Source: Eledone cirrhosa
Lineage: Eukaryota
Length of the DNA: 64,000 bases
Direction of reading: 5' to 3'
NCBI GenBank assembly: GCA_964016885.1
Contig: OZ024742.1
Coordinates: 100,936,001-101,000,000 of the forward strand
Shown here: positions 39,263 through 53,066 of the stretch, in pieces
Position numbering within the stretch: position 1 is the first letter of the stretch
How the letters are laid out: each line of letters starts with the position of its first letter
The notes under the pieces: model-generated
Seen by the model: the letters and a program-made list of their open reading frames with translations, nothing else
What the model was told of the DNA's origin: nothing
Databases searched by the model: none
Position numbers and translations under genes: made by a program

Positions 39263-39299
39263 TTAAATGTTTTAAATGCTCTTTGATTATCATTTTAAT

Positions 39300-39957
39300 G
39301 AGGGCTCATATATTCTAAACCATTCATGCGATTTCTTTGAAATTTTTTACAGAGCTTCTCCTTGCACAAAACCTTGTCATGATCTACAAAGGCTTTCAAA
39401 AATCGATATTGGGGCCTTTGGAGACATTAAAAAAGGTCGGTTATTTGTGTGAATTTTCGTGATTAAGTAAGACAAGAGTTATCTTTAAGTAAGACAAGAG
39501 TTATCTTTCGTAATTCGGCTCATTCGGATTTTAATTTACTCTTTGTACTTGAAACAAAAGGTACACTTCCTTGGGACTAACAATATCATTTTGTGTATTT
39601 CACAACCAGCAATTTCTAACAGATTACTAAGTTAAGTTATAGATTTGACATTCTATAATTTCTATCGTTTCAAGGTTAATGTTCATACATTAAGTGATGT
39701 CATAACTTTTACAATATTATGCTTTGTACATAATAGTGTCTATTATTCACTTCACTTCTTTATTTCATGATGCGCTTTTACTGTTGTCAAAAAAGACACC
39801 GAGCTCACATATTAATTATTTCGCTGGAATAGTGCCTAATGTTTTCATGTTTACATAAAGTACGTTTTTCTTCTATGTATTCAAATTTACTTTGTTTAGT
39901 TTAATGAGCTACATCGAAAGCTACTTGAACCGTCTAAAGGACGGGTAGTTTAGCTAG
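39300..39957 (+). mobile_element. Non-autonomous Helitron-like remnant (3' terminus supported, 5' boundary uncertain)
   Basis: GC hairpin CCGTC-TAAAG-GACGG (39930-39944) about 10 nt before terminal CTAG|T. Confidence 0.55.
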
Positions 39958-39988
<31 letters not shown>

Positions 39989-40399
39989 ATATATATATAT
40001 ATGTGTGTGTGTGTTCAATATACCATGCTTGTGATATACCTATACAGTTTACCATGCTCCCATATTTATCTGGGTTATATTTGTTCCTTGTTTCCTCCCT
40101 CCCTCCTATCCAAATACTTTTTCACCTCCACCTCCACCCCCTTCTCTTCTTCTGCCCTGCCTCCCCACCCCTCTAATCTGTGTTGTGGATTTTTACCTGA
40201 TTTAATTTTTACTTTTGTTTTATAATAAAAGCAAAACAATAAAAGGTGATGATTTTAAGAAAACAAAAAAAATTAATATATTTACCATTTTTCTTGCCTT
40301 TTTTTAAAATAATTCCATAATTATTAACATTTGGCTGTTTGTCAATAACAGTTAATTAATTAGGTTAGCATCCTTAAAACTAGTAACACTTTTTATTAT

Positions 40400-40706
40400 A
40401 ATAATTGTTTCTACTTTTGGCACAAGGCCAGTACATTACTGGTACTTTATTTTATTGACCCCGTAAGGATGATAGGCAAAGTCAACCTCGACGGGATTTG
40501 AACTCAGACCGTTAGAAAGCATGGGTTAGCAGAATTGGTAGAGTGTCGGACACCATGCTTCACAGCATAGAATTACGGCCCTTTACGTTCTGAGTTCAAA
40601 TCCCGCCAAGGTTAGCTTTGCCTTTCATCCTTAGAGGGTCGATAAAATAAAGTACCAGTGTTGCACTGGGTATTTGCTGGCCTTGTGCCAAAAGTAGAAA
40701 CAATTA
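40400..40706. mobile_element. Two family A SINEs in head-to-head inverted orientation
   Basis: Minus copy about 40400-40510 and plus copy about 40523-40706, with complementary cores and tails. Confidence 0.85.
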
Positions 40707-41039
40707 TTTCATGATGATAGGCCCTTAACCCAGCATTTAAACCAGCTGTATCCAGCCAGAATTCTCTTACCTCTTTCTGTTCAAACCGGCTGTAACTGGC
40801 CACACATACTGATGTTAAGGTATTGTTCCCAAAATAAATAACATCTTGGAGGGTTGCAAATGGGTCTCCATAACATTTCAAATTTCAAGGACTCAAAACT
40901 ACGTTGTAGATACACGTGTCTGTGGAATACTTAGCCACTCTCAGATTAATGTCTTGAGCAGGCTGTTCAGATGTTTGAACAACTGAAGCAGTGATCATCA
41001 GAATCCACACAGGTCCAACATGTATATTTGTGGGGAGGG

Positions 41040-41362
41040 GGTGATATGTCTATAGATATGTATGTGTGTGAGCCTTTGTATGTGTGTGATAGTATGTCTA
41101 TAAATATGTATATGTATGTGTGTGGTAGTATGTTTATAAATATGTATATGTATGTGTGTGGTAGTATGTCTATAAATATGTATATGTATGTGTGTGGTAG
41201 TATGTCTATAAATATGTATATGTATGTGTGTGGTAGTATGTCTATAAATATGTATATGTATGTGTGTGGTAGTATGTCTATAAATATGTATATGTATGTG
41301 TGTGGTAGTATGTCTATAAATATGTATATGTGTGTATCTTTGTGTATGTGTGGTAGTATGTA
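41040..41362. repeat. 36-bp minisatellite
   Basis: TGTGTGGTAGTATGTCTATAAATATGTATATGTATG repeated about 7-8 times. Confidence 0.93.
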
Positions 41363-41825
41363 AATAAATTTGTATGAGTGTGGGTCGGTGTATATATATA
41401 TATATGTGTGCGTGTGGTGGTATGTCTATTTATATATATGTAAATGTATGTGTGTGGGTGTGTGCTTATATATATATATATGTGTGTGTGTGTTCTTATA
41501 TATATGTGTGTGTGTGTGTGTGCTTATATATATGTGTGTGTGTGCTTATATATATGTGTGTGTTCTTATATATATGTGTGTGTGTATTCTTATATATATA
41601 TATATGTGTGTGTGTGTGTGCTTATATATATGTGTGTGTGGTAGTATGTCTATATATATATATATATATGTAAATGTATGTGTGTGGGTGGGTGCTTATA
41701 TATATAGTGTGTGTGTGGTAGTATGTCTATATATATATATATATATATGTAAATGTATGTGTGTGGGTATGTGATTATATATATGTGTGTGTGTGTTCTT
41801 ATATATGTGTGCGTGTGTGTGTTCT

Positions 41826-41856
<31 letters not shown>

Positions 41857-43559
41857 TCTTATATATATATGTGTGTGTGTGGTACTATTTCTATATATAT
41901 GTATGTGTTACATAGTCGTAGACTAGCTCGTTAGTATAGTGTGTGTGCCACATCAGTAAGAGAAGACTTACCACACAGCCAATGCAGGACAATGCAGTGA
42001 AAGCCACAGATATCAGTGATGAGGCGGGTTACACCCCCACTATATCAGGGATCTCAATAGGGACCGGTCTTGGGGACTGTATAAGGTAAACTACTCAGAA
42101 ATGAGTATCTTAACCCACTCTCAATGTTACTGCGGCTGTTGTTTTATGAAACGTTTAGGGGTGGGCAATTTATGGGGTTACAATGTGTGTAGATATTTGT
42201 GTAAATATTGGATTCAGTATGTGTAAATAAGGGGTGTATGTGGAGGCATGTGGCCTGGTGGTTTAGGTGGTGGGATTATGATTGTAAAGTTGTGGTTTCA
42301 ATTCCAAGACTGGGTGATATGTGTCCTTGAGCATGACACTTCATTTCACATTGCTCCTGTTCACTCAGCTGAAAAACAAATGAATGCTAGCAGTTGGGGA
42401 TTATTCCTGTATTGACCTGGCATCTTGTCTCAGTCACTTAACACCAATAAAACCAGGACAAACTCTGACCTGACAAACCTCCGGGCTTGGGACAGACTTT
42501 AACTTAATATAGGCTTGGGTATGTATATTTTGGTGTGTATGTGATTATCATTGTATTTCAAGTGGAACAAAAGTATTTTTATATGTGTACATTTGTGTAC
42601 ATTTGTGTACATTTGTGTTTATGTAAGTATGTATGAGCATGCACATGATTATGTATGTGTAGCTGTGCATAAGTATGGAACTTAGATTGTCAATTGCCTT
42701 AACTTAAATGTAAAACTAGAATTAAATCAAAGCCAACAAGCCCAAGCCAGTGTAAACCAAAACACCTTCCATCGACCCCAATGTATAAAGTGGTATTTGT
42801 ATGTGTAGATATGTGGATGTAGCATGGCCAACTAGTTAAGAATTTCACTTCACAATCATTAGGTCCTGTGTTCAATCCCACTGCATAGAATCTTGGGCAA
42901 GGATCATTTACCATAGCTTCAGGTTGACCCATGCCTGAATTTGGGTAGATGAAAGCTATTTAGAAGCCTGTCAGATGAAATCTACCTCTAATTCAAAGGA
43001 CCACAAGAGCCATTCTTGTCACAAACAGTATTCTGCTGAATCTCCCTGAGAATTACGTTAAGGGTTCATGTGTCTGTGGAATACTGAACCATTTATACTC
43101 TAAGATGACTTGTATCATGCTGACTCTATGTAAGAATTATGTTAAGGGTACATGTTTCCGTAGAATGCTCAGCCACTGACAAGTTCACTTGATGAGTAGA
43201 CTGTTCCATTGATCAAACAACTGGAACACTCAGAATAAAAACTAATGGACGTCTACTCCATGTATAGATAAGTGTGTGTGTGTGTGTTTGTGTGTGTGTA
43301 TGTGTGTGTGCATAAGTATGTATGTAGCAGTGTATGTATGTGTAAATATAGATGTTGTGTATGTGTAAATAGATATAGGTGTCTATATTGTGATGTGAGA
43401 TGGTATATGAATGGGTATATATATATATATTCATGTGTACATGTGAGTGAATGCCTACTCTCATTCACACACACATGTGTGTGTGAATGCCTACTCTCAT
43501 ACATACACACATGTGTGTGTGAGAGTAGATTTATATGTAACAGTGTATGTATGTTATAG

Positions 43560-43690
43560 TTCAAGTGTCACACCTGTGAATGTGCCGGCAAAACAAAAAT
43601 GGGTCTGAAAAGTCACCTGCGTGCACATGATCATGCAATGTTCAATGAAGGGATGGCACTCTTCTGACAGGAAGTAGCAATCAGCACGTT
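43560..43690 (+). mobile_element. LINE 3' end with a C2H2-like motif (RTE/BovB-like); similar relic about 50430-50670
   Basis: FKCHTCECAGKTKMGLKSHLRAH and CGKACASVGGLKCHLKVH, each followed shortly by a (TATG)n tail. Confidence 0.5.
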
Positions 43691-44489
43691 ACTATATATG
43701 TATGTATGTATGTATGTATGTTCTTCTGGTTTTATAATTTCACAAAGTTTTACCAATAGAGAGAGAGTCGGTTTCTAACATAGACACAAGACTCTCTCAT
43801 TGGAATTGACACAACATCAACTAGGTAGATATGTATGTATGTCTGCATGTGTAGATATGGATGTTATTGTATGTGTGGATGTGGATGTTTTGAGTTGTAT
43901 GTGTGCATGTGTATATGCTTTGTATCTGTACATGTGTATATACAGTTATTAGATGCAGAATTTGTATGTATGTACGTATGTATGCGTGTATGTATGTACG
44001 TATGTATGTATGTATGTATGTACGTATGTATGTATGCATGTATGCATGAATGTGACTTGTATGTAATAGTGTATGTAAGTGTGTAGATTAGTGTCTATAA
44101 ATAGCAGTATGTGTATGTATGTGGCTATATAATAGTATGAGTCTGTACGTAACTACATATATATGTATGTATGTATGTAAGTATGTATGTTACACAACTA
44201 AACTACCTCTATCCACCAACATGTACATATCATGGTTTGAAATGATATTGATCTGATTAATAGATTCTGTGTGAGTGTGTTTGTGTACGTATGTGTATAT
44301 GTGCATGTAAATATGTAATTGTATGCATGTGTACATATATATACATATGATGGACATTCCCATCATATTTCCAGGTATGAGGGTTTAACACTCTTCTCAC
44401 ATCAAACCACATTTAATGCAGATGACAGGATTTCACATGGAACAGGATGGAAGGTGTGATCGAATCTTGGTATTAGATCTTAAATCACG

Positions 44490-45520
44490 AAGATGGACCA
44501 GACAAGATTTTCAAAGTTCTTTATACCTTCATGGCAGATAGTTTTTCATTTTCCATGGTCAGCTGCTAGGGCTTCAAAAGAAGTAAGAGGTATGTTCTCA
44601 GATTTAAGATTCTACTTCAGTTTGTCTTTATATCTGAGTAACGGTTCACCTATATTATGTGTACAATTATGAAGTTAACCGTATAACAGTGTGTGCAGTC
44701 ACCAGTCATTCATAGATGACCAGCCCATCTGAGTTAAGACTGCATCAGAAATGACTCAATCCACTGATGTTACACTTCATGAACAGATTGGCATTGGGGA
44801 CTCGGTCAGAAAGTGCATAACCACAGATAGAGTGAAGACAATGTGGAAGACATCAAACTTATAAATGTGAGTGTGATAAAGTGTCCATGACTCCAAACTG
44901 CAGCTTTTGTTTTCAGGGATATACCTCTGACACCCCATAGATGATGATGTAGTTTGCCAAAAACATCAGTTGCTTTGGAAATACGATTGACAATTTCATC
45001 ATCCAGGAATGTAGAGTGGTTCACCTTGCTGCCAAGGTAATTAAGGAATTCATATATTTCAGATTCATACCGTCAACAGTGATATGAACATGGGAATGCC
45101 CCCATGCCCTGACCGTCCCTGCTTAACAACTTCTTCTTGTCAGTCTTCTTAATGCTAATCGTTAAACCAAATACCTTAAGGCAAGTGAGAAGCAGTTCAT
45201 CAATTCTTGTGCTTCTTTGAGGGATGTTACAACAAGTGTAGCATCATCAGCAAGCAGTAAATCACAAATAACTCTTGTTTGCCTAAGTGTTTTAGACTTA
45301 AAGCACTGATGGTTGCATAGCTTTGGTCAAGTTGACAAAAGCCATAAACGACTCCTGGTCCTTTTCAGGAACCTTCTTTGCAACCTGGCAAAAGGAGATC
45401 ATGTCAATCATACTCCGATCTGTGTGGAAACCACATTGGTTTTCATGGTAGATATCATCAACAAGTCTGGATGTAATTCTGCTGAGAATGACACAGGCAA
45501 TCAGAAAAGGGCTGCCACAA
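44490..45520 (-). mobile_element. Degenerate RTE (BovB-like) LINE, RT and post-RT region
   Basis: Minus strand: [22 protein letters not shown] (YADD-like), LDDEIVNRISKA..FGKL..LWGVRGISLKTK. Confidence 0.85.
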
Positions 45521-45545
45521 GGGTATGTTGGTATGTATATATATA

Positions 45546-45672
<127 letters not shown>

Positions 45673-45689
45673 GTATATATATATATATG

Positions 45690-45753
<64 letters not shown>

Positions 45754-45778
45754 TATGTATATATATATTCGTTTGTTG

Positions 45779-45820
<42 letters not shown>

Positions 45821-46200
45821 TCATCATCATCATCATCGTTTAACGTCCATGTTCCACGCTTGCATGGGTATATATATAGTTCAAGGAGACACCTTGTCTT
45901 GTTTTCACTCATCATTTTCGATTTTTTAAAATCTTTACTCAGACCTTTTTTACGTTTATCCTCTGTGATCCTGTCTCTATTTTCTATTCCTGAAGAAGGC
46001 CTTAAGCCGGACAGGTCGAACTTTCTTATCTCTTTCAAAATATGAAGCAGGAAACTAAGACTTTTTGTACCTCTGTTTGTTGTCTCCTTGGACTATATTT
46101 TCCACGTTTACACAGCAATCTTTGTATTTTGAACCTTGTGACTGCTCTATTTACCATCCTGGTCCAGCCAGCGGATTACCCACCGACTTCGAATATTTGG

Positions 46201-46307
<107 letters not shown>

Positions 46308-46852
46308 CACACACGTATATACATATGTATGTATATATATATATATGTATATGAATGTATATGTATGTATAATTATATATATATATATATATAAATAAAC
46401 AATATGCACATACAATTTGGTATCCATTCCTCTCTAAGTATAAACATTTCTTTCCTTTCATTGTCTTTCTCAACATATAACAATGTAGGAGGAGGTCTAA
46501 TAAAAAAAATTCATTTAAATAAAATGGGTCCTTGATAATGAAAAGTTTGGAAACCACTGATGTAGAATGACAAAACCTAGCTTTGCATTACTCCACCATT
46601 GGAATTACTCCATTGGAATACAACATTCTCTGGAAATACTGCAGCAGGATGGTATCATCATAATAAATCTTCAATTCTTTTGATACGAAACCACCTAAAA
46701 CTACCCTGGTTCAATGATACTAAGCTGTTTACATTAAAGTGTTTATGTTTATCTAAAGGCTTCCCAGTTTTATGTAAAAACCATTGTTAAGTTATGTTCC
46801 AGTCACTAACTTGATACAGAGAAAGATAGTTCTATGGTTAAATCCTTCCAAA

Positions 46853-47073
46853 AGGCAGTGGATTAGAAGTATTAGTAGAGCATGAGACACCATGCTTCAC
46901 AGCACAGTTATGTCCCTTTATGTTCTGAGTTTAAATCCCACCGAGGTTAGCTTTGCCTTTCATCTTTACAGAGTCGATCAAATAAAGTACAAGTAACACA
47001 CTTGATTGATTTAATCGACTTTTCCCTCCCCAAAAGATTGTTGGCCTTGTGTCTAAAATTAGAAACCATTATT
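46853..47073 (+). mobile_element. SINE family A
   Basis: Full head, core and tail. Confidence 0.85.
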
Positions 47074-47361
47074 AAATCCTTCCAAATTCTTGGTTGTTTT
47101 GAAGTTCTGACTGATGATTTCACCCTCCTTAAACAATGTCACTCTAGAGTGTAAACTGATATAACCTTGCTTTAAACTACACAGCCAACCAATTTGTCAA
47201 CAATTTTAACATCTTCAGCTTAAAAAGTGTCCCAAGAGTTTAAACCTTTTTTCCATTTGAAGTCAACACTCTCTGGAAAGACTGCAACCATGATATTATC
47301 AATAAACTGACAGACAGAGGCAGTACTGTGGTGGTTTGAAGAGACTTCTACAGACAACAAG

Positions 47362-47418
<57 letters not shown>

Positions 47419-47664
47419 AGAAGCAAAAAATTGCTTATTGTGATCCAGTTCTTGGTTAAGAAAGCCAGTTTCATGGATGGTTTCAATGTACGGTTAGGGG
47501 TAACTCCACAAGTTTGTAAGAATTCCGTTCAATCTTGGAGTATAAAGTAAATACCTGGATAAAATCCTTCTCTTAATGCTTACCTGTGTTTTCTCTTTTA
47601 TATATATATATATATGTAAATATATATATATATATTATACATATATACATATATATACATATGT

Positions 47665-47701
<37 letters not shown>

Positions 47702-47831
47702 TTCAAGAGTAACCAATCTTAAAGAGAGAGATAGGAGAGGAGAGATTGGTGAATTAGTTAGAAGCCAAAGCGTAAAGGCATGTGCTCAATGTTATATATT
47801 ATACATATATACATATATATACATATGCATC

Positions 47832-47936
<105 letters not shown>

Positions 47937-47998
47937 GTGTGTGTGTATGTTTGTGTGTGGGGGATAGGTATAGGTGTGGTCGTGTGTGTGTGTAGAAA

Positions 47999-48036
<38 letters not shown>

Positions 48037-48049
48037 AATTTGTAAAAAT

Positions 48050-48368
48050 GTATGGCTTAGTGGTTAGGGTTTGGAGCTCATAACCTTAAGGTCATGAGTT
48101 CAATTCCCAGACCAGATGGTAAATTATATCCCTGAGGAAGACCCTTTATTTCACATTGCTCCAATTCACTCAGCTGGCAAAAGTGTGCTGTACTTGTAAT
48201 TCAAAGGTTCATCCTTGTCACACACTATGTTATGCTATACCTCATTGAAGTCTGCATTATATGTACACATGTCTGTGGAAAGCTTAGCCATTTGCACATT
48301 AATTTCACAAGCTGGCTGTTCTATTGTTCAAACAACTGCAATATTTATCATCGGAACCAACAGAGGTT
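48050..48368 (+). mobile_element. SINE family B with tail 3
   Basis: TGGCTTAGTGGTTAGG..GAGTTCAATTCC head, same centre, tail ..CTGTGGAAAGCTTAGCCA..CAAACAACTG. Confidence 0.78.
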
Positions 48369-48669
48369 TAATACACACATATATAATTGCTTGTTTTATA
48401 GGTTTATGTATAAAATACACTAAACATACACTGAATAAAGAACTCAAATACTGTTTGTAGAGTTAAAATAATATTTATTGTTTTAAAAAGCCAGTAGTAT
48501 TGGCAAATTATCAAAGTAAACAGTCACTATTAATAATGATAATATATACATATATACATATATATATATATGCAAGCAAGGAAGAGCGGACGTAAAATGA
48601 TGATGATGATGATGATGATGATATATATATATATATATAGTTATACTTTGTGAGGGTTATGATGCCAAT

Positions 48670-49023
48670 AAAAACACATGCACCTGTTAGTTTTCACTTC
48701 AATTTATTAAAAAAATTCCAGTTGGTTGGTTTAATGACTGAATGGTTGTTCATTTATTACTAAAGCTCTTTTGTCACACATTTTGTGACCTCCTCAATGA
48801 CTAATTTGTTATTTTGTGTCTCTCCTTTGTTCTGTCCTACAGCACCTAACACACAAAAGACAAGATGGTGTAGGACAGAACAAAGGAGAGACACAAAATA
48901 ACAAATTAGTCACTGAGGTGGTCACAGAATGTGTGACGAAAGAACTTTGACAATAAATAAATAAACAACCAAGTGGAAATTTGTAATTTATTGAAGTGAA
49001 AACCAAAAGGTGCATGTGTTTTT
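48670..49023. repeat. Fold-back element with hammerhead motifs (+ copy 48909-48951, followed by AATAAA)
   Basis: GTCA-CTGAGGT-GGTCACA-GAATG-TGTGAC-GAAAG-AA-CTT-TGAC. The opposite arm has TTGAGGA, so the consensus core is CTGAGGA. Confidence 0.85.
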
Positions 49024-49111
49024 TGTGGCTGCATGACCCTACCAAAGTATAACAATATCTGTTTCAACACACATTTTCAGATAAGAAATCTTGCAAAACA
49101 GATACAAAACC

Positions 49112-49236
<125 letters not shown>

Positions 49237-49254
49237 TATGCATATATGATGTGA

Positions 49255-49745
49255 CCCAATATCCTTGATGCTTACAGCATCTCAGAAACTATCCACAAAG
49301 GGCCAGCTGCCTTGCCTGTCTTTGATTGCTTTATTTACTATACTATTACTAACTTGCAAAGTCGGTACCTCTGTTGAGTCAACTCGAGGAAAACTATCTT
49401 CATCCCATTCATTCTACTGATATAGTAGTCTTTCATAATGGCACTTCCATGCTACCTTCTTTTCAGCATCAGTGAGGGCAAGTACTTCGTTATTGTCGCG
49501 GATGCACTTCTCCCCAACAACGTCACAATTTTCCCTGACACATTGCCTCGAAATTCTGAGCATCTTTGGTCCTCGCTTGCAGAACATGCTTAAATTTTTT
49601 ATCTTCTGCTTCCCTTTTTTGCAAAATACACTTATCACCTAGCTTCTCTCCTAGCCTCCTGGTTGTGTTTTCTACTTCCCCCATTTCGCTTTTCGTTCCA
49701 TGCCTGTCTTTTGGCCTTAATTGTCTTCCCCGCCACCACCAATTA
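49255..49745 (-). mobile_element. RTE LINE internal fragment
   Basis: QCVRENCDVVGEKCIRDNNEVLALTDAEKKVAWKCHYERLL, the pre-RT linker of RTE elements. Confidence 0.75.
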
Positions 49746-49972
49746 GTTACATAAATATTATAATGTTTGCAATATTTTTTAACAATCAAATAATATACTA
49801 AAGTGAAAGAGGAAGGGTATTGCAGACTTTACACCCCTATCTAGTTACATATTTCCAAGTGAAATACAAATCATAGCATAAGCAAGCGAGGACAAGGGAA
49901 GTAACTCTATAGTTAATAGAATGATTATCTCCCTTACACTAGTTTGATAACAACTGGAAATACTTTCATAAT

Positions 49973-50120
49973 GATGCTTTCCAGCATAGTTACGTCCCTT
50001 TACGACCTGAGTTCAAATCCCGCCGAGGTTGACTTTGCCTTTCATCCTTACGGGGTCGATAAAATAAAGTACCAGTAATGCACTGGGTATTTGCTGGCCT
50101 TGTGCCTAAAGTAGAAACAT
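49973..50120 (+). mobile_element. SINE family A, young subfamily, 5'-truncated
   Basis: GAGTTCAAATCCCGCCGAGGTTGACTTTGCCTTTCATCCTTACGGGGTCGATAAAATAAAGTACCAG. Confidence 0.88.
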
Positions 50121-50978
50121 TCGGCCCTTGTGGCCAATAAATGAAATCATTATGACTACACATTGTTATGGTAGAAATCATTATGACTACACATTGTCAC
50201 TAGCTTTGAATAAATGATTAAATTCCATTTATACCCTGTGTGTATATATATGCATGCATGTATATCTGTCTCAAGTGGTGTGCTTGTAAGGGCCTTGAGT
50301 TTGGTTTGCTTGACTATCTTGGCATGCAGATTGATTTAACCTTAAAGAATGTGGTCGGTTATGTTTAAGTAGGGCGAAGATTATGTCATTGTGGAACCCA
50401 TGTACACAGGGACACTGCGCATTTGTATGGCATTTATGTTGGCAGGGAGTGTGGAAAAGCGTGTGCCTCAGTTGGTGGACTGAAATGTCATTTGAAAGTA
50501 CACCAAAACAGCACCTACTGCAAGTGGCCTCCATCATTGCAATGTCTGTGCAAGAGTGTGAAAGTCCTCAGCAGGACTAAAAAGCTACATCCATGCTGCT
50601 CATGCTTAAGTATTAAGCAATAGCATTACCCGAAATCAAGTTGCAGCCATTATGTATGTATGTATGTATGTTTGTGTCATCACATGGTACCATGGGCCCA
50701 GCACTATGTGTCAGTAATTGTCACAAGTGTAGTGTTTGTACCAGAGTTTTCAAGTCGCTGGCTGGACTAAAAAGTCACACTCGTTCAGCGCATCGGTAGG
50801 GGTTCTCCTACATGGATATAAGGTAGTGGCCGTACTCGAAAACGAGTTGGCAGCCACCATGTTTGTATGTATGTATGTATGGATGGATGGATGGATGGAT
50901 TTTTATGTGCAGATCTTAAACCACTAAGTTCACAAAGATGATGAAGGAACATACATACGTGCGTGGTGTGTCTGCACA

Positions 50979-51061
<83 letters not shown>

Positions 51062-51908
51062 TCATTTTACATCTGCTTTCCATGCTAGCATGGGTTGTAC
51101 AGGTTGTAAGGGTCCAAGACATGACAGGTTAAAGAGCTCTCTTCTTTCTTGTATTTTACATATATAGTTTGGATTCTATAGTCAGTATTGTTTAATGTTG
51201 TTGATTGCCAGATGGATTTGTTCATTTGTAGTGGTAGTGATGAAATGCAAAGTTGTTCGGGTAACAGCAAGTGAATACTTGAAGTGTGTCTCAGTGAGTC
51301 GCGAGAAGTTTTGCCATGTTTGAGAAAACAAGTAGTTGCACTTGCTTATTGTGGTGTGAAGTGATATTACCGTGGGGAAGTTGATTTTCCCATATCACAT
51401 TTATAAGTATTAATAAATGAACAAGACACTGCTAATTTTAATGTTTTGTATTTGTAACATTATGTGCAACAATGAACAACAGAAAAAGATGCCTGCATAA
51501 ATGTAGTGTGTTTTGTGTGCAAATGTAGAATTACAAAATAGTAAATTCACTAACATGTGTGGGTAGCAAGTTCAACTAGTGCCAATCACAGCAGGGCTAG
51601 CTAGCACATGTGTCTCTGAGTGTGGCTACATTGCGAGGATGACCAAGCTGACCAAACAGACTGTCTTGTGAGGGTTAGGGGTGAAATCTTTTGTATATAT
51701 ATATATATATGGATTATGTTGCCCTGAAATATTAAACAGATGGCCTTTAGAACTGTCCTTGTTTTGGAATAATCTGGTGCCGTGAGCCTCCTACAAGAGA
51801 ACCTTATCTAAGTTTGTGGCTTTGAGGACAAAGGTTAGTCTTTTGGTAAGTGTGTGTGGCAGACTAAGAAAACCATCGCAGGGAAAAATGTTGAGCTTTT
51901 GCTACAGG

Positions 51909-52128
51909 TGGTAGTGTTGGTGCTACATCAAAATGCATCCAGTGCACTTTGTAAAATAATAGTGATGGAGTCATAATAAAACACAACTAGTACTCTATGA
52001 GGTGGTTGGTATTTAACCTTCTAAATACCAACCACCTCATAGAGTACTAGTTGTGTTTTATTATGACTCCATCACTATTATTTTACAACGTGCACTGGGT
52101 GCATTTTGATGTAGCACCAACACTACCA
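51909..52128. repeat. Near-perfect palindrome (107-bp arms, 6-nt loop) built from ~43-bp SINE-body units
   Basis: Arms differ at about 2 positions; further reverse units continue to about 52260. Confidence 0.93.
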
Positions 52129-53066
52129 TTTTATAGAGTGTAGTGGGTGCACTGTAATGTAACATCAACACTACTATTTTATAGAGTGTAATGAGTGCAT
52201 TTTATTGTGACATCAACACTAACATTTTACAGAGTGAAGTGAGTGCATTTCATTGTGAAACAAGCCCAGAATAGGGTCTATGAAAATGAAATATGGAATT
52301 GTTCACAAATATAATTGGTGACTACTGTTGTTATTGTTTATAATCAAATTCTAACAATACTTCATTTGAAAATTGATTATAACCAATCCCATTCAAAATA
52401 ATTACTATAATTACTAGGAGCCACCATCTTCATTCTTATATGGCCTAATTACTCAACAGGATTGGCACATTAATTATTAAAGTCATAAGGGCATTGGGTG
52501 GGGTTTATATTCCAGCTCTCTTCGCTCTGAGTTAAAATCTCACTGAGGATAATTTTGTCTTTCATCCTTTTAAAGTCCATAAATATATAACCAATCCACT
52601 AGTACTGGTGTCCATTCTACCTCTCTCTCTCGAATTTGGCTGAAGTTAAATCTGGAGAGGGATGAGGGATGTGTGCTGCCTGTTTAAAAATATATAAATA
52701 CACACACACACACACTTATTGATACACATATACATATCATCTTTATCATCATCATCACCGTTTAACCTTCATTTTTCCACGCTAGCATGGGTTAGACGAT
52801 TTGTGCAGATGTGAGCAAGCCAGAGCAGATGACTGTGTCTTGCTCACACTGGACCAAATCCTGAGTTAAATAGGGGTAACCTCAGTTTTACATTAATTGA
52901 ATACATTAGTAGAATGTAAACATTATTTAATGTAAAAATGGCTTTTTACGAGACTGGAACTAAAAAGGAAAGGCTGACAGTGGAAAATTTCCAGAGCACA
53001 TCTGAATATTAATTTGCCCCAAAACTTTCTTTCAAAAATTTGAAGTCTTGTCATCCCTCAAGACTA

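Larger units (their letters stand above)
38372..39296. mobile_element. Long inverted repeat (arms about 270 bp), Penelope-like inverted pLTR pair
   Basis: Arms about 38372-38652 and 39032-39296, each with an outward-facing hammerhead motif. Confidence 0.82.

Noticed and set aside
45985-46020. CTGAAGAAGGC..GCC-GGAC-AG-GTC as an intact ribozyme
   Set aside because: GAAA is mutated; counted only as a decayed pLTR-like relic.
50423-50623. C2H2 zinc-finger gene exon
   Set aside because: Single decayed finger, no linker array or splice context, followed by a microsatellite tail; better explained as a LINE 3' relic.
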